64,000 bases of DNA from Bacteroidales bacterium (GTDB lineage: Bacteria; Bacteroidota; Bacteroidia; Bacteroidales; UBA3663): contig JAZRXZ010000021.1 of NCBI GenBank assembly GCA_045600445.1, positions 42,577 to 106,576 on the forward strand. The letters run 5' to 3'. The position numbers and the translations under genes are program-made. The notes beneath the pieces were generated by a model. The model searched no databases and was not told the DNA's origin. It saw only the letters and a list, made by a program, of their open reading frames with translations. This document shows, in pieces, positions 36,622 through 46,858 of the stretch (position 1 is the stretch's first letter; the number at the start of each line of letters is the position of its first letter).

Positions 36622-37611
36622 TTACGACTTCTCACCTACTAAAAACTGTAATTGCATTTTCCCGAAGCAATACGCGACAAAAATACTAGCTAAAATGGAT
36701 ATCGAAAAAACTAGTGGAATCAATAGGAAATATGACAGTTTATCCCCAAGCAATGAACATATGATATAAATAAACACCACATGAAATAGATATATAGGAT
36801 AACTATTACTTAAGAAATATGGCAGAACATATATTCTCTTCAGTTTTGAAAATGCCCATTTCCCAATTGGCAATATGAAAGCAATCATTGCAGATGACAA
36901 AAGTTTAAGTAAGCCAACGTCCAAAACTTGAACAGGATTAATCAGCATTAATCCACCACTAACGACAAGAGTCAATACTGCATATACAACCATTTTCTTT
37001 CCTACGAAACCATCGTTCTTGGCTATCCACATTCCAAAAATGAAATATGACATATAATGAACAGCATGAGTCAATCGGAAAAAATCAAAACCTGGCAATA
37101 TGGCAAACCAAGCCATTGATAAAAGAATTGACAATAAGTAACTAACATAAATGTTTATTTTGAGATGAGTTAGCCACCAAACCACAATAAAAACCCAGAA
37201 CAATGCGGGAAGGGACCAAAGATGACGATCCATAGCATCTATACAGCAAACAGTTTTAATTATAGTCTGGACATAATTGCAATGACTTAATCCTAAAAAA
37301 TAAAGTGTTGGTGCTAAGAATATGATTGATACCACTATGAATGGTAATAATAATCTTAAAATCTTGTTTTTCAAAAAGGAAATAAAATCTCTATACTTTC
37401 CTCTTTCAATACAGAGTTCAAATATCGCCCCACTTAATGCAATATAGAGAGGCTTGTGAAAAAGATACAATCCTTTATTTATGGTTAATAAAAATTGATT
37501 CTCTGGTAATCCAAAACTTCTTCCATTATATAGAACAAGTTTATGCCCAAGGACGACTAATAGAATGTTTATTGATTTTACTAGATCCAGATAATTCTTC
37601 ATATATTTCAT
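36622..37611 (-). CDS. Membrane acyltransferase (acyltransferase-3 family, O-acetylation)
   Basis: 329-aa polytopic ORF. The N-terminus SINILLVVLGH and the overall topology are typical of Acyl_transf_3. Confidence 0.7.
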   Translation of the reverse strand: MKYMKNYLDLVKSINILLVVLGHKLVLYNGRSFGLPENQFLLTINKGLYLFHKPLYIALSGAIFELCIERGKYRDFISFLKNKILRLLLPFIVVSIIFLAPTLYFLGLSHCNYVQTIIKTVCCIDAMDRHLWSLPALFWVFIVVWWLTHLKINIYVSYLLSILLSMAWFAILPGFDFFRLTHAVHYMSYFIFGMWIAKNDGFVGKKMVVYAVLTLVVSGGLMLINPVQVLDVGLLKLLSSAMIAFILPIGKWAFSKLKRIYVLPYFLSNSYPIYLFHVVFIYIICSLLGDKLSYFLLIPLVFSISILASIFVAYCFGKMQLQFLVGEKS

Positions 37612-38780
37612 TTACGCAACAGTCTATTTCTCGCGACAGAAACTACTTTTCCTAATATTGCAGATAGTTTTAGAGATAACGTCAACTCTCTATCGAAGGA
37701 AGGTATAATCTCTTTGTAGAAGCTATTATGTTTGAATGTTGCTTCAATATACATGTCTTTGATATAATCTGCTCTATGAGAATGATAGTAATTGACATCA
37801 AACACTTCGCAGTAATTGTCAACAACACCTAGCGCATCTAGTGTAAGAAGTGTCCTCGCACACTTGAAACAAGTACTATCATTATGAGCTTCATTAACAC
37901 AAACATTCAGATACTTATTCGCCAACTTATAATTTGCAACCACACGAGTTTTTTCAAATCTGTTCAAATTACCACCTGTTGAGTAGAATTTCATTCCATT
38001 GATTGATGCCATTTGCAAAATTAGCAAATCATAATGTTCAGAATCAAGTTCCGCATTGTGTCCTTCTCTTATGATGGTAAATTCGGCATAAGAATAACCA
38101 GATGAATAATAGTAGTTCTTTATGGCTCCCTGAATATTATAGATGCAGAATAATGCCATATATGTATTATTCTCTACATGCGAATAACCCAAATACTTAT
38201 CAATCAACAAATGAATATTTGACTCGACAAACAAGAATGCCTTACCAGCTTCTAAAGTAAAGTTTTTTGCATTTTCGAGTCTACCTTCCAATAAAGGAGA
38301 TCGTAGAGTTTTCTCTTTTCGCCTAAAAGAACTCCCTGAATTAAAGAACGCTAACGTATTTAGCTTCTGATCGTCCGGCGCATTCTCATGTTGCGCAATA
38401 GTATACAAAGAATCGATTCCGCAAGATACACCTGTAGAAACAATATGATGAGTACCAATAATACCCTTACATAAAGGAGCTTCTACATGAACTCGTGTTA
38501 ATGTATTATTTACTTGCGACAGACCATCAATAAAATGAAATTCTAGATTATAGTATAATTCATCTGTTATTGGAATTTCTGAATAGATATCATATCCTTT
38601 GCACATACAGAAGAATAAAAGCCCCCACACAAAAGCATCTATTCTATCTGTAACTGTGTATTGTCTATATTCCTCTCCAATAAAAACATCAATAACCTCT
38701 CTATTTCCTTCAATCAGAAGGGTTGCAGACAAACCGTCTGCAGTTTTATCGATATTAAGAATTTCAAGCTTCGATTTCAT
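37608..38780 (-). CDS. Uncharacterised cytoplasmic protein with PP-loop-like S-C-G-x-D-S motif (paralog A)
   Basis: 390-aa ORF. It is clearly paralogous to 43391-44548, sharing blocks DAFVWGLLFF, IPITDELYYN, STGVSCGIDSLYT, GYSHVENNTYMA, YYYSSGY, YSTGG, KYLNVCV and CFKCARTLL. It overlaps both neighbours (4 nt and 17 nt). Confidence 0.6.
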   Translation of the reverse strand: MKSKLEILNIDKTADGLSATLLIEGNREVIDVFIGEEYRQYTVTDRIDAFVWGLLFFCMCKGYDIYSEIPITDELYYNLEFHFIDGLSQVNNTLTRVHVEAPLCKGIIGTHHIVSTGVSCGIDSLYTIAQHENAPDDQKLNTLAFFNSGSSFRRKEKTLRSPLLEGRLENAKNFTLEAGKAFLFVESNIHLLIDKYLGYSHVENNTYMALFCIYNIQGAIKNYYYSSGYSYAEFTIIREGHNAELDSEHYDLLILQMASINGMKFYSTGGNLNRFEKTRVVANYKLANKYLNVCVNEAHNDSTCFKCARTLLTLDALGVVDNYCEVFDVNYYHSHRADYIKDMYIEATFKHNSFYKEIIPSFDRELTLSLKLSAILGKVVSVARNRLLRK

Positions 38781-39663
38781 GATTGCTCTTTAATTTCAAC
38801 GGACATACTTCTACTAATGCTTCTAGATCCAAATGATTCAATGGCATTTGTCTACATGCAGATACTAAAACATCTCTTGATACACACGTCGAGATGATCA
38901 AAGCATCACGGTCTTCTCGAAGGGAGAGAAAAAAATCGTGAAACTTAAAATCATCTGTCAGTTTACTTCCTTCTAACTTAATCCAGACATTAGGAATACC
39001 ATAAGCGACACTCATGATCAAACCATGCATAGAAGATGATGCAATGACCTCACACATACAAATCTGGTCAATAAAATCCAGCCAATGAGAATAATGCTTA
39101 ATATCAATCATCAGAACGTTTTTATCATTTTTTAGGTTATTCAAAAAAGGGTTATTCTGATCTGCATAATGTGCAATAACACCTAATTTGAATTTTTTTT
39201 CAACCTTCGGACAATAAAAACGAGAAATCAGCAACGCAGGATCTCCATAAATCTCTGGGCAACTAATTCCCTGTTCAAGCAATAGTTTTCTAGTCAATGG
39301 ACCTCTAACAGCTCTAACTTCTTTAGGTTTTCCTTTTACAATGCCAGAACTTGAGATAATACCGGATCCCCAAACAATGGCATTCTCCATATCAAATAAA
39401 GTTAATATTGATCCTATTCCTGCAATATATGGACGATGAAGGAATTTTGTCATCAAAGACCAATCATACGAAATAATCTTCTTTTGAGAGATTTCACTCA
39501 AGAACCAATAATTAATGTCATCTCCCCAATTGTTTTTTATAAAACTTCCGTCTCTATTAAAATAAGCCGACATTTTTACAACTTGTGTTGGTGTAAAAAG
39601 CTCTAAAATAATATTGAAAAGAAGGCGTGTTATTTTTTTTATTCTTTCAATTAATAAACTCAT
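38764..39663 (-). CDS. Polysaccharide pyruvyl transferase family protein
   Basis: 299-aa ORF. NNWGDDINYWF near the N-terminus is the NxGD motif of PS_pyruv_trans. An alternative start is Met31 (39573). Confidence 0.65.
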   Translation of the reverse strand: MSLLIERIKKITRLLFNIILELFTPTQVVKMSAYFNRDGSFIKNNWGDDINYWFLSEISQKKIISYDWSLMTKFLHRPYIAGIGSILTLFDMENAIVWGSGIISSSGIVKGKPKEVRAVRGPLTRKLLLEQGISCPEIYGDPALLISRFYCPKVEKKFKLGVIAHYADQNNPFLNNLKNDKNVLMIDIKHYSHWLDFIDQICMCEVIASSSMHGLIMSVAYGIPNVWIKLEGSKLTDDFKFHDFFLSLREDRDALIISTCVSRDVLVSACRQMPLNHLDLEALVEVCPLKLKSNHEIEA

Positions 39664-39686
39664 TGGGGAAAAGCAAGCTATTATGA

Positions 39687-40601
39687 TTATTGATTGAAAT
39701 ATACATCTTTTAAGCCATTTTCTCGCAAGTACTTTCGTAGTTCTTGCAATTGTGATTGGTTTTTTCCCTGCCCATTATTCTCGGTAAAAAGACTTGGTGA
39801 ATCATTCTTAATTGGCAGACTGACAACATTTCTCTTAGTTTGTATGACAGGAGTGTTATTCAATCTTGCCATACAATTCAGCCAAATATCATCAGCCATA
39901 GGGATAAGTGCCATGAAAAGATCTTTTCTAGTCGCTAATTCATGCAGGCAATGAGGAGGATATAATACACCACCTATACCGACTTGCATCAAATCTTTCT
40001 TCTCGTAAGGATCACCTGTAGGTCCCCAATTATTATAATGAACAGCATTACCATCCGCAGAAAACTGAATTTTCCAAGTACGATTTGCCGTGATACAATT
40101 CGGGTTCTTTCTGCTGCATTCTACAAGTCGCTCTATCATTTCCGAATCGTAGATTACGTCATCATCACAAGTTATAAAGGACTTTTCTGAATATAATAAG
40201 AGCGAATAATGATGTTTTTTGTGAGAACGTATATCTCCATCGACCATCTGAATCTCAAATAGGTCATCAACTTGATTCCATAAAGACTGAGGGATGGAAC
40301 TCGCTGATGGGAACTGATCTTTTGATAGCCATAGAATTATCCTCTCCGGCAATACGGTCTGGTTCTTTAGGCTAACCACGACTTTCCATACGTCATTGAT
40401 TCGAGCAGGAAAAGACGTAAAGGATACTATTAATCCCTTTTCAGTCTTTCCCCATGGTACGAACTTGCAACTCTTGTATTTTAAGATATGAACCTCTGTA
40501 CATTTGCGTACAAGAACTCTTGCACACTTCATTACCAATGGCAGATACGGCTTATTCGCGAGACCAGTATATATGTAAGTCAGAGTAGATAAGATATTCA
40601 T
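39687..40601 (-). CDS. Putative GT-A-type glycosyltransferase (family unresolved)
   Basis: 304-aa ORF with IVSFTSFPARI, ERIILWLSKDQF and a DxD-like FITCDDDVIY. Confidence 0.45.
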   Translation of the reverse strand: MNILSTLTYIYTGLANKPYLPLVMKCARVLVRKCTEVHILKYKSCKFVPWGKTEKGLIVSFTSFPARINDVWKVVVSLKNQTVLPERIILWLSKDQFPSASSIPQSLWNQVDDLFEIQMVDGDIRSHKKHHYSLLLYSEKSFITCDDDVIYDSEMIERLVECSRKNPNCITANRTWKIQFSADGNAVHYNNWGPTGDPYEKKDLMQVGIGGVLYPPHCLHELATRKDLFMALIPMADDIWLNCMARLNNTPVIQTKRNVVSLPIKNDSPSLFTENNGQGKNQSQLQELRKYLRENGLKDVYFNQ

Positions 40602-40604
40602 AAA

Positions 40605-41783
40605 TTATAATTCTTTCAAAAGGTGATCCATCAAATTGTCAAACTCCCGAAGTACAAAAGATTTTGTAAATGGATATTTTCCTGCATTGGACTCTAGTTT
40701 CTGTCGCAAATCATTATTAGTTAAGACGTCTACTATTGCATCAGCCATAATCGAAGGATTGTATTCTCGAAGAAGTCCATTCTCCCCATCTTGTATTTGT
40801 TCTTTGAATGCAGGAATGTTTGATGCAACTACAGCCTTTCCTAAACACAATGCCTCAGAAACCATCATTCCCCAAGATTCATAAGTACTTGGCTGAACTA
40901 CGACATCTGCAGACTTAACCAATGGCATTGGATTTGGCAGACTCCCTGCAAAAATAACTCGATTAGGGGAACACTTTTCATTTGCCTCTTGCTGTAATCT
41001 TTGTCTGCCTCCGCCATCACCGATAATTATCCATTCAAAGTCAATTCCTTTTTGTTCTATTTTTTTAGCTATATCTGGAATAATATCAAAACCCTTGGCT
41101 GAAGTAATTCTACCAACGGAAGCAATACGCATTATTGAGTCTTTCTTAGGATATTCACAGATTTCTTTTGCTCGCTCTTTACAAATATCCGCATCAATAA
41201 TATTGTGAACGACGTAATGTGGAGCCGATTTGAGGCCAATAGTGCAGACCAAGTCCTTGCCTACATATTCTGAAACAGGAACACATGCATCAACATGATC
41301 AAATGCCTGTAATACATAAGGCAATTGAGGCCAATGACTATATGGAATATGAATCCAACTGCATTTCTTTCCTTTCTTTACTTTCTTTACAATCATTGGC
41401 ACAGTGAAACCATCTTCATAACTGCATACTACATCATAGTCCTCTTTTATTACAGATAAAAAAGGCCATAAATAATAGTTTAGCTTGAAAGCTCTTTGGA
41501 AAGAAACAAGCAGACGATATAAGACTAAATCAAATCTACCACGTTCAAAAGCTTTTCTTAATGCAACTCTTAATGGCAACCTATGAACAGAATAGCAGAG
41601 TCGTTCTGGTAGTACGGTAACGTGTCCTGGTATTCTATCCATCATGCTTCCGCCATGTGACAAAACAAACAAACTGACATTATATTTATCTCTTGGCAGA
41701 GAATTCAAAAGAGCTAAAAGGCTCATTGTTGCCCCATTAACGGTAAGTTCTTCGGCAACAAAGAGAATTCTTTTTGGGGTCAT
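40605..41783 (-). CDS. GT4-family (GT-B) glycosyltransferase
   Basis: Start chosen at MTPKRILFVAEEL (41783), avoiding the extension toward wzx. The C-terminal motif is PSTYESWGMMVSEALCLGKAVVASN. Confidence 0.75.
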   Translation of the reverse strand: MTPKRILFVAEELTVNGATMSLLALLNSLPRDKYNVSLFVLSHGGSMMDRIPGHVTVLPERLCYSVHRLPLRVALRKAFERGRFDLVLYRLLVSFQRAFKLNYYLWPFLSVIKEDYDVVCSYEDGFTVPMIVKKVKKGKKCSWIHIPYSHWPQLPYVLQAFDHVDACVPVSEYVGKDLVCTIGLKSAPHYVVHNIIDADICKERAKEICEYPKKDSIMRIASVGRITSAKGFDIIPDIAKKIEQKGIDFEWIIIGDGGGRQRLQQEANEKCSPNRVIFAGSLPNPMPLVKSADVVVQPSTYESWGMMVSEALCLGKAVVASNIPAFKEQIQDGENGLLREYNPSIMADAIVDVLTNNDLRQKLESNAGKYPFTKSFVLREFDNLMDHLLKEL

Positions 41784-41828
41784 AAATATAGATATTGAAT
41801 TGCAGCAAATATTGAGCAATGATAAATG

Positions 41829-43355
41829 CTACTTCTTTATAAAAGAAACAACTTTTCTTTGGAGATACAAACGTTCTTGATTTGATAAACCTACTAAAAG
41901 AATAACGAAGACAGATAAAAAGACAGAGAGTATAATTGAACTCAGAGAACCCATAACCGACGATGGAAGAAAAATAGAAATATAATACGACAAAACACCC
42001 GCAATCAAACCAACTAGTGCACAAGGTAGAATGGACTGAATAAGGAATTGATTAATAGATAAGTTAATCATTGGTCTCAATATAACAAAGCGACCGATAT
42101 AAGCGGTACAGGCAATAAAAAGATGAACATAAAACACACTATCTGGATCACCTCCCAAATATAGAGAGATATATGCACATGGGACAATTAATAGCAATAA
42201 CCCACCAATCACAGACTGGCAGAGTTTAACGTTACCAGTTGCCGAAATGGAGACATTCAACGGATTCGACAATGCGTCAAAAATACATATCAATAACATT
42301 AATCTTAAAAAAACTACCGCATACTCAGGCACCAGACCTAGCCACATACTTAACACAAATTCTGTCTTAAGCAAAAGTGGTAGGACGAGACAAAATAGAA
42401 GAAAAAACGTAATTTTTGTACTTCTATATATTAAGGAATACATATTAGAAAGATCATCATTTGCGAATGATTTAGTAATTTGAGGGTTGATTGCTGTCTG
42501 AAAGTTAACAGCAAACATTTGCACAGAAGATTGCACTTGAACTGCAATTGCTCTAGCAGCGTTGACTGCCGGTCCGAAAAACATGTTCAATAGCACATTG
42601 ACTCCATGTGTATATAATACGCCTGCTAAATTACCCCAAAGACTCCATCCGGCAAATGATAGTACCTCTCGGAAAAGAGCTTTATCCCACACCTTTTTGA
42701 AATGGCTTTCATCAAAGTGTTTATGACAATAATGCGTGTATATATACCTAACGACAAGCTGGACAACAAGTAGTAATATGGCATAAAGTATGAGATTGTC
42801 TGCTATACCTAGCATCAACACATATATAACAGCAAGTTTTGCTATTACCTCGAATATTGAAATATAAGCAAAAGCAGACATCTTTTCATGAGCTATAATA
42901 CAAGCATTATAAGGGACACTCCATATCATAACTAATGAGGAAGCAATTGAACACTGATATATCCACATTGCAGCTGATACTCGCGAATCAGGAATTGTCA
43001 GCTTATTCATCACAAACCACAGACCTATTGTTTCTGCAAATATAAATATGATGAGCGCAATAACAAGATGAGTTATTAGACAAGTAGAAAATACCTTTTT
43101 AAGTTGATCTTTATCACCTTTCCCTAATGTAAATGTGATATATCGAGAAGTGCTTGAACTGATAGCGCCATTCAAGAACCCAAGAAACGAGACAAAACCA
43201 CCAACGACATTATAAATACCAAAATCATCCACACCAAGTGTCTGCAAGATAATACGTGAAGTATATAAAGAAATAACCATCAAGAACATCATGCGAAAAT
43301 ATAGCATGATAGTATTCTTAGCTATTCTTCCGTTATTAACTACAGACTGCGACAT
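41829..43355 (-). CDS. wzx: Wzx-type oligosaccharide flippase (MOP superfamily), copy 1
   Basis: 508-aa ORF with about 12-14 TM segments. The N-terminus KNTIMLYFRMMFLMVISLYTSRIILQTLGVDDFGIYNVVGG is typical of polysaccharide biosynthesis (PST) proteins. Confidence 0.8.
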   Translation of the reverse strand: MSQSVVNNGRIAKNTIMLYFRMMFLMVISLYTSRIILQTLGVDDFGIYNVVGGFVSFLGFLNGAISSSTSRYITFTLGKGDKDQLKKVFSTCLITHLVIALIIFIFAETIGLWFVMNKLTIPDSRVSAAMWIYQCSIASSLVMIWSVPYNACIIAHEKMSAFAYISIFEVIAKLAVIYVLMLGIADNLILYAILLLVVQLVVRYIYTHYCHKHFDESHFKKVWDKALFREVLSFAGWSLWGNLAGVLYTHGVNVLLNMFFGPAVNAARAIAVQVQSSVQMFAVNFQTAINPQITKSFANDDLSNMYSLIYRSTKITFFLLFCLVLPLLLKTEFVLSMWLGLVPEYAVVFLRLMLLICIFDALSNPLNVSISATGNVKLCQSVIGGLLLLIVPCAYISLYLGGDPDSVFYVHLFIACTAYIGRFVILRPMINLSINQFLIQSILPCALVGLIAGVLSYYISIFLPSSVMGSLSSIILSVFLSVFVILLVGLSNQERLYLQRKVVSFIKK

Positions 43356-43390
43356 ATGAATACGTTATTACAATTCGTTAGTATTTTCTT

Positions 43391-44548
43391 CTACCTTCTA
43401 AATAATTGAATAACAGCCTCAAGAATGGCATAACTCTTAAAAAAGAGAGTTAGTTTATTTTTGTACAAAGGCAAAATTTCTTTACTAAAGTCATCATGAA
43501 AGAAAGATGCAGATACCCATGACTTTCTAATGTATTTGTTTTTATTCTTTCGGAATTTTTCTACATTAAAAACATCTTTGAAATCATCCAAATGGCCAAC
43601 TGCATCTATACTTAACATGGTACGGATACACTTAAAGCAATCACCTTCATTGAACGACTCTCGAACACAAACATTCAAATATTTCTGAGCTGGTTGGTAT
43701 GTAGAAATTGCTCTTGTTTTATCAATACGCTTGATAGATCCACCAGTAGAATATACTTTCAACTGTCCTATGGATATTGTGAAGAATGTCAGGAGGTCGT
43801 ACTTTGCAGAATCGAGTTCCTCCGTTTTATGTGCCTTTAATAATTTAAAATCAGAATATGGATAACCTGCGGAATAATAATATCTGCTTATACCTTTCTG
43901 CAATAAAAGAATACAGAAAGCAGCCATATAAGAGTGGTTTGTCACATGAGAATAACCGCCATATCTATCTATCAATTGATAAATATCAGAAGTGACAGAA
44001 TAGAAAGTATATCCATATTCCTCTGCAAACTTCTTGCAATGATTATATCTGCCTTCATATAACGCCTTGTCCTTTTCTTCATCCATTCCCGTATGATGAG
44101 ACCCTATGTTATAGAAAGCCAGATGGGTAATCTTATGGGTAGGAATTTCTATGTTATCATGCACTTTTAAAGTATATAGAGCATCAACGCCACAACTTCC
44201 ACCTGTCGCAACAATTGAATCAATATGTTCGCAACATGGGATTATAGGAATATAGAGATGTGTGCGGTACAAGCCACTATTTGGAGAGGCAAGAGCATCA
44301 ATAAAATGATTTTGAATGTTATAATAAAGATCCTCAGAAATAGGGATGTCTGACTTGATATCAAAACCATGAGACATTGCAAAAAACAGCAAGCCAAAAA
44401 CAAATGCGTCGCAACGATCATCTGTTATGAATGAAAGCATATTATCAGAAACTGTAGCCGTAATTGTTTCCTCTATGCCATTAATAAAGACTGTTGCAAT
44501 GATGATATTATCATTACGACAAATACGTTTTATATGAAGAATAGCCAT
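43391..44548 (-). CDS. Uncharacterised cytoplasmic protein with PP-loop-like S-C-G-x-D-A motif (paralog B)
   Basis: 385-aa ORF, paralog of 37608-38780. Shared blocks are DAFVFGLLFF, IPISEDLYYN, ATGGSCGVDALYT, GYSHVTNHSYMA, YYYSAGY, YSTGG, KYLNVCV and CFKCIRTML. Confidence 0.6.
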   Translation of the reverse strand: MAILHIKRICRNDNIIIATVFINGIEETITATVSDNMLSFITDDRCDAFVFGLLFFAMSHGFDIKSDIPISEDLYYNIQNHFIDALASPNSGLYRTHLYIPIIPCCEHIDSIVATGGSCGVDALYTLKVHDNIEIPTHKITHLAFYNIGSHHTGMDEEKDKALYEGRYNHCKKFAEEYGYTFYSVTSDIYQLIDRYGGYSHVTNHSYMAAFCILLLQKGISRYYYSAGYPYSDFKLLKAHKTEELDSAKYDLLTFFTISIGQLKVYSTGGSIKRIDKTRAISTYQPAQKYLNVCVRESFNEGDCFKCIRTMLSIDAVGHLDDFKDVFNVEKFRKNKNKYIRKSWVSASFFHDDFSKEILPLYKNKLTLFFKSYAILEAVIQLFRR

Positions 44549-44551
44549 ATT

Positions 44552-45496
44552 CTAACTATCTTTGTGCAAACTATTATAGACCGCAGGGATTAATGTTCGA
44601 TAGTATAAACTTAATGCATCTCTAAACTTGCAATAGCGAAATAGTCCTTTATAAGTATAAATCAGTATTTCCTGTAATTGTCTTAAATACCCGAGTTTCT
44701 TCAACCAAGTAATATAGAACATCCAAAAACGGAACTTAAAACTTTTTCTCAATTCAGTCAATGAAATTCCAAGTTTCTTTTCTGTTTTACTTACTTGCTT
44801 GAGTATCTTCTTTATATGAAACTCGTATTCATCTGTACTAACACAATATTTAAGATTTGCCTCTGAAGGAGAATAACGTTGATGGTAGTGTGCTTGTGGA
44901 ATAGTTACCAAAGATTGAACATACGTGATATATTCCAAACAAAAATGTATGTCTTCTGCATTTTTCATCCCTAAAGGGAATCTAATATTGTTAGACAGAA
45001 TAACTTCTTTCTTGAATAACTTACACCATGGAGCTAAAAAAAGTGTTTTTTTTAGTAATTCTGCCCAATATGTCCGAATCTCAGTAACATTTGATCGATC
45101 TATATTTTCTGTACAAACTTCAGTTTTATTTATTTCACCAAATCTAATAAAGTTCTCAATGTATAAATCATCTCCTTTAGGGGCAAATTCTTCCAAATAA
45201 TTACTATCGACATAATCATCTGCATCAATAAATGTGATATAATCACCTTTGGCTAGCTCAATACCAATATTTCTGGCACTACTCACACCTCCGTTTTCCT
45301 GATGAATAACCTTAATTCGGTTGTCTTTCTCTGCATATTCATCACAAATTCGACCACTTCCATCAGGAGATCCATCATCTACCAGTATAAGTTCCCAATT
45401 AGGATAAGTTTGAACAAGAATACTATCGAGACATTCTCGCAGATACTGCTCAACTCGATAAACTGGAACAATAATTGTAATTAACGCGGCTGCCAT
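44552..45496 (-). CDS. Family 2 glycosyltransferase
   Basis: 314-aa ORF with IIVPVYRVEQYL, ELILVDDGSPDGS and DYITFIDADDY. Confidence 0.85.
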   Translation of the reverse strand: MAAALITIIVPVYRVEQYLRECLDSILVQTYPNWELILVDDGSPDGSGRICDEYAEKDNRIKVIHQENGGVSSARNIGIELAKGDYITFIDADDYVDSNYLEEFAPKGDDLYIENFIRFGEINKTEVCTENIDRSNVTEIRTYWAELLKKTLFLAPWCKLFKKEVILSNNIRFPLGMKNAEDIHFCLEYITYVQSLVTIPQAHYHQRYSPSEANLKYCVSTDEYEFHIKKILKQVSKTEKKLGISLTELRKSFKFRFWMFYITWLKKLGYLRQLQEILIYTYKGLFRYCKFRDALSLYYRTLIPAVYNSLHKDS

Positions 45497-45522
45497 TTTA
45501 CTATTATCGTAACCAAAAATAC

Positions 45523-46035
45523 TTATGCTTCTACAAATTCCTTAATAATTCTTGCAGGGACACCTCCGACCCTAGTATATGGTGGCACATCATGTGTAAC
45601 AAGACTTTTTGCTGCTGCATGACTCATTTCGCCAAGAGTCTTACCAGGTAAAAGTGTTGCACCTAAACCAAGTGAAGCTCCTCTACAGATTCTACAAGTA
45701 CTTGAACTTCCTTCATAACCTATGATTCTAGGACCTTCAGGTGTTATTGGATGAAATCCAGTCACAATTGTTGCATCATGGCCTACCATTCCATAGTTCT
45801 CAATAATGACAGAGCTGCCAGCATTAGTCATAATCTTAGCATCAATACCGATAAAGCAATTGTCGCCGATCTGAACCTCTCCTGCACCAAAGATTTGCGC
45901 ACCAGAAAAAATCTCAACATTATTTCCGATTTTAACACCAGCCCATCTATAAATACGAGACTTAAGACTCATACATCTGGATGTAGGTAATACTTTATTG
46001 ATCAAGTTTGCTATATATAATCTACTTGTATTCAT
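45523..46035 (-). CDS. Hexapeptide-repeat (LbH) acetyltransferase
   Basis: 170-aa ORF with repeated [LIV]-G-x4 hexapeptides (VKIGNNVEIFSGAQIFGAGEVQIGDNCFIG) and a GGVPARIIKEF end. Confidence 0.8.
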   Translation of the reverse strand: MNTSRLYIANLINKVLPTSRCMSLKSRIYRWAGVKIGNNVEIFSGAQIFGAGEVQIGDNCFIGIDAKIMTNAGSSVIIENYGMVGHDATIVTGFHPITPEGPRIIGYEGSSSTCRICRGASLGLGATLLPGKTLGEMSHAAAKSLVTHDVPPYTRVGGVPARIIKEFVEA

Positions 46036-46045
46036 AGAAACCTAT

Positions 46046-46858
46046 TTATATCCAATAAGCGGTAATACCATGAGGAGACTGACGATCTTTCTCTTCAGGC
46101 AATTTCATATAGTCATTATAATGCTGAGTAAGATAAGCCTCATAGTCTTTTATACACATATATTCCTTATTTTCAAAAGAAAGATAAGTATACTCTAGAA
46201 AGATATGATTGTCCATTAATTCTTTCTCATTATAAGCACCTACAACAGCACCACCATATATAGAATCCTCGATACTACATGAAGCCAATGTCTTCATCAA
46301 TAAATTATGAAGCTTCTTATGGGTATACTTCCATAAACAATAATATCCATTTTCAATGAGATTTGACTCCCATAAAATCCTACGCCATACCAACTGTTTG
46401 ATTGTTGCAATTTTTCGCTTGCGTATGATTCTTGTATTATATAATTTGAGTATAGATCTCAGCTTCCACATAGCATCAACCGTTTCCTTATCAGGGAAAA
46501 AGTCAATTGGGAAAATATCTATATAAACACTTTCTTCATTATCGTTTCCCAATGTACTTGTTCTCAAATCATACAGTTTTGCAAATAACCAGAAATGTTC
46601 CTTATCGTGAAGATAATAAGATAGCTTCGTATTAGTCTCTGCCCCATCAAAGTTCTTCAAAAAGTACTCATAATCCGGCCTCGGCATCATCACGTCAATA
46701 TCATCATCCCAAGGTATGAATCCCTGATGGCGGACAGCGCCGAGGAGAGTTCCTCCTCCGAGAGAATAACGTAGATTATGCTCTTCGCAGAAATCTGCAA
46801 AGATATTGAGCATGCGGAGTTGAATCTCTCTTTGCTCTTCTGGTGAGACTTTTCTCAT
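46046..46858 (-). CDS. licD: LicD-family phosphotransferase (CDP-alcohol/phosphocholine-type transfer to glycan)
   Basis: 270-aa ORF with the LicD signature LRYSLGGGTLLGAVRHQGFIPWDDDIDVMMPR. Confidence 0.8.
   Translation of the reverse strand: MRKVSPEEQREIQLRMLNIFADFCEEHNLRYSLGGGTLLGAVRHQGFIPWDDDIDVMMPRPDYEYFLKNFDGAETNTKLSYYLHDKEHFWLFAKLYDLRTSTLGNDNEESVYIDIFPIDFFPDKETVDAMWKLRSILKLYNTRIIRKRKIATIKQLVWRRILWESNLIENGYYCLWKYTHKKLHNLLMKTLASCSIEDSIYGGAVVGAYNEKELMDNHIFLEYTYLSFENKEYMCIKDYEAYLTQHYNDYMKLPEEKDRQSPHGITAYWI

Noticed and set aside
45036-45053. A7/T8 runs in the GT2 gene, and T8 at 39633-39640 in the pyruvyl-transferase 5' region, considered as phase-variation tracts
   Set aside because: Runs of 7-8 nt are common in this AT-rich cassette and are below the length at which slippage is usually appreciable. 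Only the A14 run at 23146-23159 stands out.
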